Shown here: positions 6,409 to 14,257 of the stretch, in pieces
How positions within the stretch are numbered: the stretch's first letter is position 1
Layout of the letters: every line of letters begins with the position of its first letter
DNA from: a virus
Strand: one strand, 5' to 3'
DNA: 18,074 nucleotides
Virus record (IMG/VR): IMGVR_UViG_3300045988_020153
Span: 1-18,074 of that record
Translations under genes and position numbers: made by a program
The notes under the pieces: model-generated
Databases searched by the model: none
What the model was told of the DNA's origin: nothing
Seen by the model: the letters and a program-made list of their open reading frames with translations, nothing else

Positions 6409-7221
6409 CTAGTGACCGAGATTGTAGGCGAGTGACGTGGAATACAGTTGTGGCACGTTGGTCATATTGTCACCACTCCCCCACATGCCGAGGAAAAGGT
6501 TTTCGAGCGAGTTGATGACCATCATGTCGATGTTGAGCATGGTGTTACGCCAATCCTGCAAGAGCTGGGACTGGGATCCGCTGGTTCCCAGGGTATGCGA
6601 GGTGGAATTGCCCTTGTCGGAGGAATGTGCGTAATCCGTGTTGCTCGTGCTGGTTGCGGTGGCCGTGCTGTCCTGCTGTGTGCTTGTATGCGTGTTGCCT
6701 ATCGAGTCCGTTTGTGATGCGGTTGTGGCGTACTTGCGAAAATCGTCAATGCGAGTCTGCGGAAACTCGCTGTTGAACGTCATGCTGGAGTTGTCGGCGG
6801 TGGTGTCGGACGTGCTGTTGGCACTGGACTCGTTCGACTGTGTGCCGCTCGATTTGCCGCTGGACTCGTTCGTGCTCGTCGAGTCCATAGTCTGTTTAAT
6901 ATCCGACGTAATAAAGGGGTCGAACTTGCGCTGGGCGGACAGATAGAGTTGGTTGAAATAGTCCATCTGCTCCCGCATGGTACGCCCCAAATAAAATATG
7001 AACATTTGCGGGGTTTCGCTTCCTATTTCCCTGAGCGCGTAGTGGGCTACGATTTTCTCGTTGAGTTTCGCCCTATAGTTTTCGTCGAAAATCGGGTAAT
7101 ATTGAGCGCTCAAATGCAGTTTTTCGTCCGTATCGAAACCGCGTGCGATCAGATTGCCAAGCGTCAACGTGTAATCCGCCATGCTGTCTTTGATGGCGTA
7201 CATGCTCAAGTCCTGCACCAT
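6409..7221 (-). CDS. Lower collar protein (phi29 gp11-type)
   Basis: The N-terminal YYPIFDENYRAKLNEKIVAHYALREIGSETPQMF...MDYFNQLY matches the conserved lower-collar signature of phi29/44AHJD-like phages (from memory). It carries a long Ser/Thr-rich insert. It lies immediately downstream of the portal gene. Confidence 0.7.
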   Translation of the reverse strand: MVQDLSMYAIKDSMADYTLTLGNLIARGFDTDEKLHLSAQYYPIFDENYRAKLNEKIVAHYALREIGSETPQMFIFYLGRTMREQMDYFNQLYLSAQRKFDPFITSDIKQTMDSTSTNESSGKSSGTQSNESSANSTSDTTADNSSMTFNSEFPQTRIDDFRKYATTASQTDSIGNTHTSTQQDSTATATSTSNTDYAHSSDKGNSTSHTLGTSGSQSQLLQDWRNTMLNIDMMVINSLENLFLGMWGSGDNMTNVPQLYSTSLAYNLGH

Positions 7222-7223
7222 AT

Positions 7224-8162
7224 TTATTCCTCTTCCTTGTTTCCGTCAACGTCCAGGAGCCCGCCTGAAGTGGTGTCGTTCCATTCGATGCCGATTGGTT
7301 TCCCGGAGTCGGCCATTTGCGGCCACAGTCGGTTGATCGTGTCGCACGCCTGCTGACGCGCCTTCAAGTAGCTCAGGCGGAATACGTTCGTACGACTGTT
7401 TCCAGCCGTGACTTCCGACTCAAGCAACCTTTCTTTCTTCTCGGTGGTTGAATTGTCGATACCAAGATAGTTCACGAGTTCGTTCCAGATCTGCGTTTTC
7501 GTCGTGATGATCTTATCCGCCAAAAACGGGGTGACGTTGGGGAAGGTCTGGAACATGCCGGTAATGTCCGCCGAGTCGTACGTATAAATGTACGGGTCTC
7601 CGTCTTCCCTCGCTTTCATCAGGTTTTGGGCGGTGAGTTTGTTGGTTTCTGAAGTGGCGATGATCAACGGCACCGAAATGTTGTCGAGGTTGACGTCAAG
7701 CGCACGGTCGGCAATCGCCAATCGTGTGGCGTAATTCCACATGACATCGATCATGGTGCAACGAAGTTGGTTGTCCCAAATGGGCACGCATTCCTTCGAC
7801 CCTATTTGCGGGTGCGAGTAGTTCGTGGCTACGGGCTGAAAAAGCGTAGGATTATTATAGTTGTTGACTCCGCCGATATTGCCGGACGTGACCATGAAAC
7901 GGTGTACACCCTTGCGTTTGTCGGGGAAAAAGAGCGCCAAACCGTTCTCGAATAGGGTCAGTTCCAAATATCTTTCATCAATGTACGGGGGTAGGTTCAC
8001 CCATTTGAAACGCGACACCGCCAACATTTCAATCAATTTCATGTACTGGTTAATGCGCAATGATTGCCGCATTTCAGGTAGGTTCAAATTGCCCCACATT
8101 GAACCTAATACGCTCTGGTTGTCCCAGTGCGCGGCCTTGCGCGCGTTATTACGTTTGCCCAT
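7224..8162 (-). CDS. Portal / upper collar connector (phi29 gp10-type)
   Basis: Start at the ATG at 8162 (MGKRNNARK...). FKWVNLPPYIDERYLE compares with phi29 FEWENLPPTINPSFLE, and EKKERLLESEV with EKKERMVTDEV. The N-terminus is basic, as in gp10. Confidence 0.88.
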   Translation of the reverse strand: MGKRNNARKAAHWDNQSVLGSMWGNLNLPEMRQSLRINQYMKLIEMLAVSRFKWVNLPPYIDERYLELTLFENGLALFFPDKRKGVHRFMVTSGNIGGVNNYNNPTLFQPVATNYSHPQIGSKECVPIWDNQLRCTMIDVMWNYATRLAIADRALDVNLDNISVPLIIATSETNKLTAQNLMKAREDGDPYIYTYDSADITGMFQTFPNVTPFLADKIITTKTQIWNELVNYLGIDNSTTEKKERLLESEVTAGNSRTNVFRLSYLKARQQACDTINRLWPQMADSGKPIGIEWNDTTSGGLLDVDGNKEEE

Positions 8163-8174
8163 AATTACCGTCCT

Positions 8175-8212
8175 AAAAAACAATGGAGAGAGCTTATTAC
8201 GCTCTCTCCATT
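8175..8212 (-). terminator. Rho-independent terminator between the tail-knob and portal genes
   Basis: 12-bp stem aatggagagagc / gctctctccatt with a 7-nt loop. On the minus strand it is followed by gtttttta. It is probably leaky, because the portal gene follows 13 nt later. Confidence 0.7.
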
Positions 8213-8216
8213 ATAT

Positions 8217-10457
8217 CTAGTATGCGATACCGGCCAGCGGCACGTTGTCCGCATAATCGGTGACGCCGATCTTGTCGGGGTCAGTCCATACGGTCACGCC
8301 CGACTCAAAAATGCCCTTGACCGTCAATCGGTACTCTTCTGGGCACGTGCTCGAACGTATGTACAATTCGTGCAGTTTCCAGTAGGTGAAATTGCTCATG
8401 GCCATAAGGTTTGTCGGAAGTTTCATAAACCTTTGCACGTAATACCCGTAGCGCAACCACACTTCGCCAATGGATCGCATGGCGGCGGGCGATATCTGCC
8501 GGAAACGTACCATGACACCAATCAGGCCGTTAGCCAAATTAAAAGCGTCACCGCCCAATGCGCCGGACGTGGTTGGCGGTACGGTTTGCGTCTGTTGTAC
8601 CTGGGCGTTGATGCCGGCGATCGTGTTCTCGTAATCGCCTTGCGCCGTCGCCTGAGCCAACTGTTTGTTCATATCTGCGAGCTGCATTGTCTGCTGATTG
8701 GACAGATTGGTTTGCGCGAGGCTGTAGGCGTTGGCCTGTGACGTTGAAGCGTTGTTGGTGGTTTGCGTGTTCGCCAATTGCTGGTTCGCGCTTGACACGT
8801 TGTTGTCGTAAGTCATTTGGTTTGTCCACGCGCCGATTGCGGTGCCTGCGATGGCTCCGGCCACACCGCCAATATCGCCCGTGACTGCGGAACCGACCGC
8901 GTTGGCCACACCCGATCCGATGGTGTTGATTTGCGCCATCTGATTGTTGAAGCCGAGGTTTTTCAGCGTCAAGTCGGTACTCATTTGCGCGCTCTGGTTG
9001 CTGATGGCGTTCATGGCGTTGCGGTTCGACGTGCCGAGCCGGTTTTGGGCGCTTGCATATTGCGTGCCGAGTTGGGCTTGAGCGTAGGCGTTGTTGATGC
9101 CCATTTGAGTTTTCTGGAAACCCCAGTCCGCGCTTTGTTGGGCGTATTGGCGCGTGTACGCGCTGTTCGCAAGAGCGAGAGCTGACCCGTTGTTGACGGT
9201 CATGAAGGTGGGGAAATTGGTCATGCCGAAGGACGCGTTGAGCATTTCGCCCGTATCGATAGGCAGTCCCTTACCGTCTGTTAGTGGTTGACGTTCGCCC
9301 AGGTTTCCGGCATGGTAGCCGCGCGCGTAAAAGTTCAGACGGGGCGACGGTGGCGCGTAATTCCATGATTCTCGAATAATCAGGTCAGCGCTTGGAATCT
9401 GTTCCGGCTCGTATGTGATCACGGTGCCGTTCAGGCACGAGCATTCGATATAGGCATATGGCGCTGTGAGGAACTTTTTCAGATACTTGTAGCGTTCCGG
9501 CACCTGGAAAGCATCGCGGAAGTTTTTGAGATTGATGATGTCCGTGTAGCGGGCGTTGCTATTGTCGTTACGCTTGCGCAATTCCCAGCAATTGCCGACG
9601 AAACCGACCGAGTGGCCGAAAAGTTCCGTTTTCTTGGGCTGTCCGTCCAACAACGCTTGCGGCAGATGTGGTACGGCGTAGATGCCGCAAATTCCCTGAG
9701 TGACCCACGGTGCGCTCATGCCTTCGGTGAAGAATGCGACAATATCGGTGGGCGTATCCAAATAGTACATGGATGTGCCATTAAACTGACTTTCGAACGC
9801 GCTACCCGTGGCGGTGTTGACCACCGGGTTAACCTTGGTGCCCGTATCGGCGTCCAGATCGGTGGTGCTTACGATGATCAGCCCGTAGGATGTATATTTC
9901 ACGCCATCGTGAGTGCCAATATCCATGAGCGGTTTCCATGACTCATTCGTGAGTACGGTGCATTTGCCGGTATCCAAGCCCTCCGGTAGGTCGAGATACG
10001 TTTTGCCGTAGTCTTTCCAGGCGTTCTCGTTCGCGATCCCCACATGGCCGCGTTCGACGTAGGCGTTACCCAATGTAATATCGTGTTGGAAGCTCTGCCA
10101 CACGTCAAGCTGGATGTTTAACTGTGTGGTGTTGGCGTTGATATAGTCGCATGTCTGGATGAAATAATACCAACTACGGGGGGTGTCAAAATCGTAATCG
10201 TTCGTGGCGATCAGATAATTATATTGGCATGCTTGGGCGAACGGCACGGGCAGTCGTACCGGCAGTCCGTATTTCGCCATGGTGCAGTTTGTGAACTCGA
10301 TGCCGTCCAGCTGGTTGAAATACTCTTGCTGAGCCGGTCTGTCCCATTTTACGATATCCCTGTAGCCCATGTCCCACGGGACGTTGCAGAGTTTGAACCG
10401 TGTGTTTGGCGTCCATTTCGCGTAGCTGAAGTTTATAGGCAAGTCGTTTGCGCTCAT
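8217..10457 (-). CDS. Tail knob / distal tube protein (phi29 gp9-type) with a large Q/N/A-rich insertion
   Basis: The N-terminal third parallels phi29 gp9. TRFKLCNVPWDMGYRDIVKW compares with VRILADVPFSNDYKNTRWF. WYYFIQTCDYINANTTQLNIQLDVWQSF...YVERGHV compares with [31 protein letters not shown]...IVREHV. AGGAGGG RBS at 10462-10468. Confidence 0.8.
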   Translation of the reverse strand: MSANDLPINFSYAKWTPNTRFKLCNVPWDMGYRDIVKWDRPAQQEYFNQLDGIEFTNCTMAKYGLPVRLPVPFAQACQYNYLIATNDYDFDTPRSWYYFIQTCDYINANTTQLNIQLDVWQSFQHDITLGNAYVERGHVGIANENAWKDYGKTYLDLPEGLDTGKCTVLTNESWKPLMDIGTHDGVKYTSYGLIIVSTTDLDADTGTKVNPVVNTATGSAFESQFNGTSMYYLDTPTDIVAFFTEGMSAPWVTQGICGIYAVPHLPQALLDGQPKKTELFGHSVGFVGNCWELRKRNDNSNARYTDIINLKNFRDAFQVPERYKYLKKFLTAPYAYIECSCLNGTVITYEPEQIPSADLIIRESWNYAPPSPRLNFYARGYHAGNLGERQPLTDGKGLPIDTGEMLNASFGMTNFPTFMTVNNGSALALANSAYTRQYAQQSADWGFQKTQMGINNAYAQAQLGTQYASAQNRLGTSNRNAMNAISNQSAQMSTDLTLKNLGFNNQMAQINTIGSGVANAVGSAVTGDIGGVAGAIAGTAIGAWTNQMTYDNNVSSANQQLANTQTTNNASTSQANAYSLAQTNLSNQQTMQLADMNKQLAQATAQGDYENTIAGINAQVQQTQTVPPTTSGALGGDAFNLANGLIGVMVRFRQISPAAMRSIGEVWLRYGYYVQRFMKLPTNLMAMSNFTYWKLHELYIRSSTCPEEYRLTVKGIFESGVTVWTDPDKIGVTDYADNVPLAGIAY

Positions 10458-10465
10458 AAAACCCT

Positions 10466-10506
10466 CCTAAAAATAATAGGTGTGAATAAAGTCTATCCAC
10501 ACCTAT
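10466..10506 (-). terminator. Terminator/attenuator after the capsid gene
   Basis: 9-bp stem ataggtgtg / cacacctat (10476-10484 and 10498-10506) with a 13-nt loop. On the minus strand it is followed by tattttta and then the RBS of the next gene. Confidence 0.6.
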
Positions 10507-10527
10507 CTTAGCGGCTGGTTATCATCG

Positions 10528-12243
10528 CTATGCGGTGACGGTGACCTTTGCCGTTCCGACAGCTCCCGCAAACTTCACGGTGACGTTGGCGGTGCCCGCT
10601 GTGGTTCCGGTCAGCACTCCATTGGGGGTGATGGTCGCGTGGGCGTCCACCGTCCACGTGGCGAGATTGGTCACGTCTGCGGTGTTGCCGTCCGTCTTGG
10701 TGGCGATCGCCTTAAGAGCCACATTGCCGTTCACTTTGACCGACTTTTCGCCCTGGATCTCGACGGACTCGATGGCTCCGGCCTTCCAGCCGCCAAGCCA
10801 AGTGCCGACGACCGGCACGGATAGCGCGGCGGAAACGGTCTGGTCGATTTCGGGCGTTGCCGGATCGATGTAGGTGGCCTGGGCGGTGACTTTAAGCGTT
10901 TCGGCGGTTTCATCCAAACCGCAACGAAGGATACCGTCGTTATCAATGGTGGTGAACTGAGAGGTTGCGCCCTCGACCGCGTACTTGATGCCGGTTGGCT
11001 GGAATGTCGCCGTTTCCTTGTTGGCGCTGGTAATGACGGACTCGACTTGCACCAAGTCGCCACGGGACACGTTTTCCGGAGTGATGGCGGACTGTCCATA
11101 CTTGCGCACGCGCAAGGTAAACTCGGGCTTCGAGGTGGTGAGTGTGTCCGGCAACGTCACGGACTCGTTGGAGCCTTTGCCCGTCCAGAACAGGATCGCG
11201 TTCGCGAACGGGTTCGGAGTGATGCTACCCCTGTGCTTGTAGAAGATATTGCGCGTGCCGTCAATCGGGTTCACGGGGGAGTTCGTCGTTTCCAACATTT
11301 CATCCCAGCAGAAGAAAAAGTCCTCCGTGGTGAGCACGGCCTGTACCTTGCCGCCCTGTCCGCCGATACCGAACATATCCTCCGGAATCGGGATAATACG
11401 GTACGGGACGTTAACCTTGTCAATGTTGAACGCGGCGGCCAATGCTTCCACGTTGAGAGCGGCGATAACCTGCGGAGTGGCGAACAAGATCGCTTCACTA
11501 TCTCGCCACGGAGTCACCCAACTCATGGCATTATACCGTGGCATGGCGCTCATTGGCGACGCCTTCAGCTCGTTCGCCATCTGCTGAATAAGGCGCAGTA
11601 GTCCCTTCGCGTCCGCTTCAGTCGAGTCGGCCTTACCAACGTCCGGGGTATGCACTCGATAGAACCCACCCTTACGAGCGTATTCCGCGAAGGTCTGCGT
11701 CTTCATGAGATACATGTCATTGCGGTCGGACAAGATCGGCGCGTTCATGATCTCAGCGATATAATCCGACATGCCACTTTCGCCGTCGAACGCGGTCAAC
11801 AAGGCGTCTTCAGGGATAGTGACGGGGTAATAATGATCGAACGTGAGCGGGTGGAATACGGACGCGGTCGGGAGACTGTAGTGCCCGTAAACGTCGTCGC
11901 CCAAATATTCCTTATTGAAGTTGCGAGTGCGTGCCTTGACGAGACCAACTGCGGCCTGCTCGTAAGTGGAGCCGTAGCGCTTGAGCGTGCGCGGGGAGCC
12001 GATCAGCTTCAGCTGGTCATCCCAATCAGCGTGCTGGATATAGAGCCCAATGAGACGCTGGATCAGCACGCCGGTGAACTCGTCACGAAGGTAGGGGAAG
12101 TTGCGCATGGTGTCCACGGCGTTCCTAATATTGCCCTGCGTGGCGCTCGGAATGCGTGTCTGGAACTGCGGGGACGTGGCGTTGCGGACGGCGTTGAAGA
12201 TCTCAACGTCACCCTTGCCGGCCAATGGTCGAATATTGGACAT
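10528..12243 (-). CDS. Major capsid protein with C-terminal Ig-like (Big_2-type) domain(s)
   Basis: 571 aa, directly after the scaffold gene, as for phi29 gp7-gp8. The C-terminal ~90 aa (IESVEIQGEKSVKVNGNVALKAIATKTDGNTADVTNLATWTVD...GVLTGTTAGTANVTVKFAG...AKVTVTA) is a textbook Big_2 pattern. A second Ig-like segment lies upstream of it. Confidence 0.8.
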   Translation of the reverse strand: MSNIRPLAGKGDVEIFNAVRNATSPQFQTRIPSATQGNIRNAVDTMRNFPYLRDEFTGVLIQRLIGLYIQHADWDDQLKLIGSPRTLKRYGSTYEQAAVGLVKARTRNFNKEYLGDDVYGHYSLPTASVFHPLTFDHYYPVTIPEDALLTAFDGESGMSDYIAEIMNAPILSDRNDMYLMKTQTFAEYARKGGFYRVHTPDVGKADSTEADAKGLLRLIQQMANELKASPMSAMPRYNAMSWVTPWRDSEAILFATPQVIAALNVEALAAAFNIDKVNVPYRIIPIPEDMFGIGGQGGKVQAVLTTEDFFFCWDEMLETTNSPVNPIDGTRNIFYKHRGSITPNPFANAILFWTGKGSNESVTLPDTLTTSKPEFTLRVRKYGQSAITPENVSRGDLVQVESVITSANKETATFQPTGIKYAVEGATSQFTTIDNDGILRCGLDETAETLKVTAQATYIDPATPEIDQTVSAALSVPVVGTWLGGWKAGAIESVEIQGEKSVKVNGNVALKAIATKTDGNTADVTNLATWTVDAHATITPNGVLTGTTAGTANVTVKFAGAVGTAKVTVTA

Positions 12244-12261
12244 TACTTATACCTTTCTGTT

Positions 12262-12549
12262 TTAGTCGAACAAATCTTCGATGGACTCGGTGCTGTCATT
12301 GTCTCCGTTGCCGTCATTGTCGGACGGTGCGGGGTCGGTGTAGCCGAGCGTGTCCAGCATGGCCTTCAGTCCGGCCAATTCCTTTTCAATCGCGTCAAGT
12401 CGAGCGGAAACGTCCGGCTCCTGTTTCAGATCCGGTTCCGGCTCGGGTTCTTTCGGCTTGACTTCATCGTCTACGGTTTCGGTCTGCCGTTCCTCTTCGG
12501 TCGGCGGCGGAGTGGTGTTTTCCTCGCCGTCATTGTCTGGGTCTGCCAT
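12262..12549 (-). CDS. Scaffolding protein candidate (phi29 gp7 analogue)
   Basis: 95 aa, very acidic and Pro/Glu-rich, with a central helical LDAIEKELAGLKAMLD segment. It is the first gene of the late operon, immediately upstream of the capsid gene, and has an AGGAG RBS. Confidence 0.6.
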   Translation of the reverse strand: MADPDNDGEENTTPPPTEEERQTETVDDEVKPKEPEPEPDLKQEPDVSARLDAIEKELAGLKAMLDTLGYTDPAPSDNDGNGDNDSTESIEDLFD

Positions 12550-12584
12550 ACAAACTCCTAACGATTGGCAATGTTTCCGCTAAA

Positions 12585-12593
12585 ATTATATCA
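12585..12593 (-). promoter_or_regulatory. Late-operon promoter, extended -10 TGATATAAT, no recognisable -35
   Basis: Exact TGnTATAAT on the minus strand, about 36 nt upstream of the scaffold ATG (12549) and just downstream of the terminator at 12612-12633. It is bracketed by the inverted repeat tttccgc (12574-12580) / gcggaaa (12598-12604). Confidence 0.65.
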
Positions 12594-12599
12594 TGTGGC

Positions 12600-12633
12600 G
12601 GAAAATAAAATGACCCCGCAATCACGCGGGGTC
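12600..12633 (-). terminator. Rho-independent terminator ending the early/replication transcript and the candidate ncRNA
   Basis: 8-bp GC stem gaccccgc / gcggggtc with a 6-nt loop. On the minus strand it is followed by attttattttcc. Confidence 0.85.
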
Positions 12634-12771
12634 GAAACGTCCCATGTGAGCGCGAGTTGAAGATCGTAGGGCACTACCGCCACGATAGTGATTTTCACGG
12701 GTCGGCGGCATTCTCAGCCGTGGCAGTCCGACTCATGTCGCTCCCAGTCGAAAATCGACGCTCAGGAAGAC
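12600..12771 (-). ncRNA. Candidate ~170-nt non-coding RNA (pRNA-like packaging RNA candidate)
   Basis: 217-bp ORF-free gap between pol and the late operon. Its own TGCTATAAT box lies at 12778-12786, predicting a TSS near 12771. Transcript nt 3-12 pair with nt 119-131 (10 bp with a 3-nt bulge). Hairpins sit at 12747-12759 (loop AUUUU) and 12688-12698 (loop AAAAU). A terminator hairpin at 12612-12633 is followed by a U-tract. Confidence 0.5.
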
Positions 12772-12777
12772 ATGATC

Positions 12778-12786
12778 ATTATAGCA
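12778..12786 (-). promoter_or_regulatory. Promoter TGCTATAAT overlapping the polymerase stop codon
   Basis: Exact TGnTATAAT on the minus strand. The TAA stop of pol (12779-12781) lies inside the -10 hexamer. Confidence 0.55.
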
Positions 12787-14230
12787 TGACCATTGTGCCG
12801 TAATCATCCATGACTTGCACGCCATGTCTAAACTTCTCGTAGGGGATGGGCTGGGAGAACATGTTCCCGGCCATGCATACGTCAACCTCTCCGTCGTCCC
12901 TCCATCCCTGATACCGGTTCATACCCAGGATAGTCAACTTCTCATATCGTGCGGCGATCTTCCATTTCCCAAGTTCGGTCGGGTGTATGTCGCATGATTT
13001 CACCGGATCCCAACCGCTCAGGATGCAACCGTCCGTGTTCGCATACAATAGTCGATCGGCGTTCGCGTGGCACACGTCCATAAGCTTGCGGCGTGCGTAG
13101 GCGTTGACCCATACGGGCACGGGCAGATAGTCGGTTTTCAGGTTCGATTCTTCGCGCTGGGCGACATCCCAGTCCAATGTTATGCCGTCTTTGGAGGTGG
13201 GGAGCATGACGTTGCCCTTGGGCAGACTCGCCATTTTGCCTACGAGAGCGTTCATGATCAGTTTCGCCATCTGCCGTTTCTCGCCCGTCGTCCGTTGTTT
13301 CAAGTCACCCCATTCATCCACGAACGAGCGGAAATAGCCTTTTGAGCGGCGGAACTTCCACCCTCGAACATGCTGGTATATAGTCACTTCGTAATTGTCG
13401 TACAGTAGTTGCTGGTCAATGTCGGTCAATACTCTTGTGATATAGCCACGAGTGGAAGTGAGCCGGTTGAGTCCGTATATACTGCGATTATCAAGTAGAA
13501 ATGGGTAGCCGTTTGGTTTGAGTTCCGCACGAAACGTGAGTTCGTCACAATGCAATGGCATAGCATCATCTTGGACATATTTGCCGTCGTACGGTTCCGG
13601 TTCACCCCACGGCAACCACTCGTCCCGTAATATGGACGGATACATGCTATTGCAGTCAACGTCAATAGCCTTGCCATACGCCCCCTCCCTGACTAACATG
13701 AAACCGCCGATATAGGCGTCATGCAATGACTTTTTCGTATCCGATTCGAGTTGCGGGAATTTGTCATAAAACCATTTCCACTCGCCGGACGCAAAAGCCT
13801 CCATACTCGCCCCGCCCGCAGTGATCTTGCACAAGTTGCGATTATCATACTCACGCAGAATATTGAGTAGTTGCGTGCCGGTCATGGTGATACGGCAGTT
13901 CTCACGCAAAAGATTCGATATATCGAAAAATCGTGCGGAATTTTCACGGTCGATACGCACGCTAAAGCTGAAAAATTTGCCTTTTTTCGAGATGATGGCG
14001 TCCCAGCTCAGATTAGCATTGTGTTCGTTGTGGGGCAATGAGTGTACGACGTGCGCAATAAACGGATCTAAAGTGTCTGGGTCAGTCACATATATAGTGA
14101 GTTTGCCGCCCGTCATTATGTACTCCAAAAGGCAGTTAGGCGCGGTGACGTCACGCAAGACGGTTCCGTCCGTGAATCGTATGACGTTATCCGCGCACCA
14201 CAACCCCACTCTTTTATCTTGCCTGGTCAT
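12779..14230 (-). CDS. Protein-primed family-B DNA polymerase (phi29 gp2-type), 483 aa
   Basis: Motif A is IDVDCNSMYPS. LPWGEPEPYDGKYVQDDAMPLH compares with phi29 LPYGEPIVFEGKYVWDEDYPLH (TPR1 region). Motif B is KLIMNALVGKMAS. A TPR2-like insertion is present. Motif C is LLYANTDGC. LGKWKIAARYEKL compares with LGYWAHESTFKRA. The exonuclease motifs are degenerate (see findings). Confidence 0.95.
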   Translation of the reverse strand: MTRQDKRVGLWCADNVIRFTDGTVLRDVTAPNCLLEYIMTGGKLTIYVTDPDTLDPFIAHVVHSLPHNEHNANLSWDAIISKKGKFFSFSVRIDRENSARFFDISNLLRENCRITMTGTQLLNILREYDNRNLCKITAGGASMEAFASGEWKWFYDKFPQLESDTKKSLHDAYIGGFMLVREGAYGKAIDVDCNSMYPSILRDEWLPWGEPEPYDGKYVQDDAMPLHCDELTFRAELKPNGYPFLLDNRSIYGLNRLTSTRGYITRVLTDIDQQLLYDNYEVTIYQHVRGWKFRRSKGYFRSFVDEWGDLKQRTTGEKRQMAKLIMNALVGKMASLPKGNVMLPTSKDGITLDWDVAQREESNLKTDYLPVPVWVNAYARRKLMDVCHANADRLLYANTDGCILSGWDPVKSCDIHPTELGKWKIAARYEKLTILGMNRYQGWRDDGEVDVCMAGNMFSQPIPYEKFRHGVQVMDDYGTMVML

Positions 14231-14257
14231 GGTACAACTTTCTTTGATTGACTGCCG

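Noticed and set aside
8210-8215. A perfect TATAAT (minus strand) overlapping the upper arm of the terminator at 8175-8212
   Set aside because: It has no TG extension (AGA precedes it) and no -35, and it partly overlaps the stop-codon region. A promoter inside the terminator is possible but unsupported, so I did not call it.
827-12561. Many plus-strand ORFs of 60-300 aa antisense to the minus-strand genes (for example 827-1024, 2279-2599, 4726-5337, 8127-8741, 10535-10873, 11650-12561)
   Set aside because: Their translations are low-complexity (V/G/R/A-rich), they lack RBSs, and they lie fully inside well-supported minus-strand genes with recognisable homologies. They are best explained as open frames caused by the skewed base composition.
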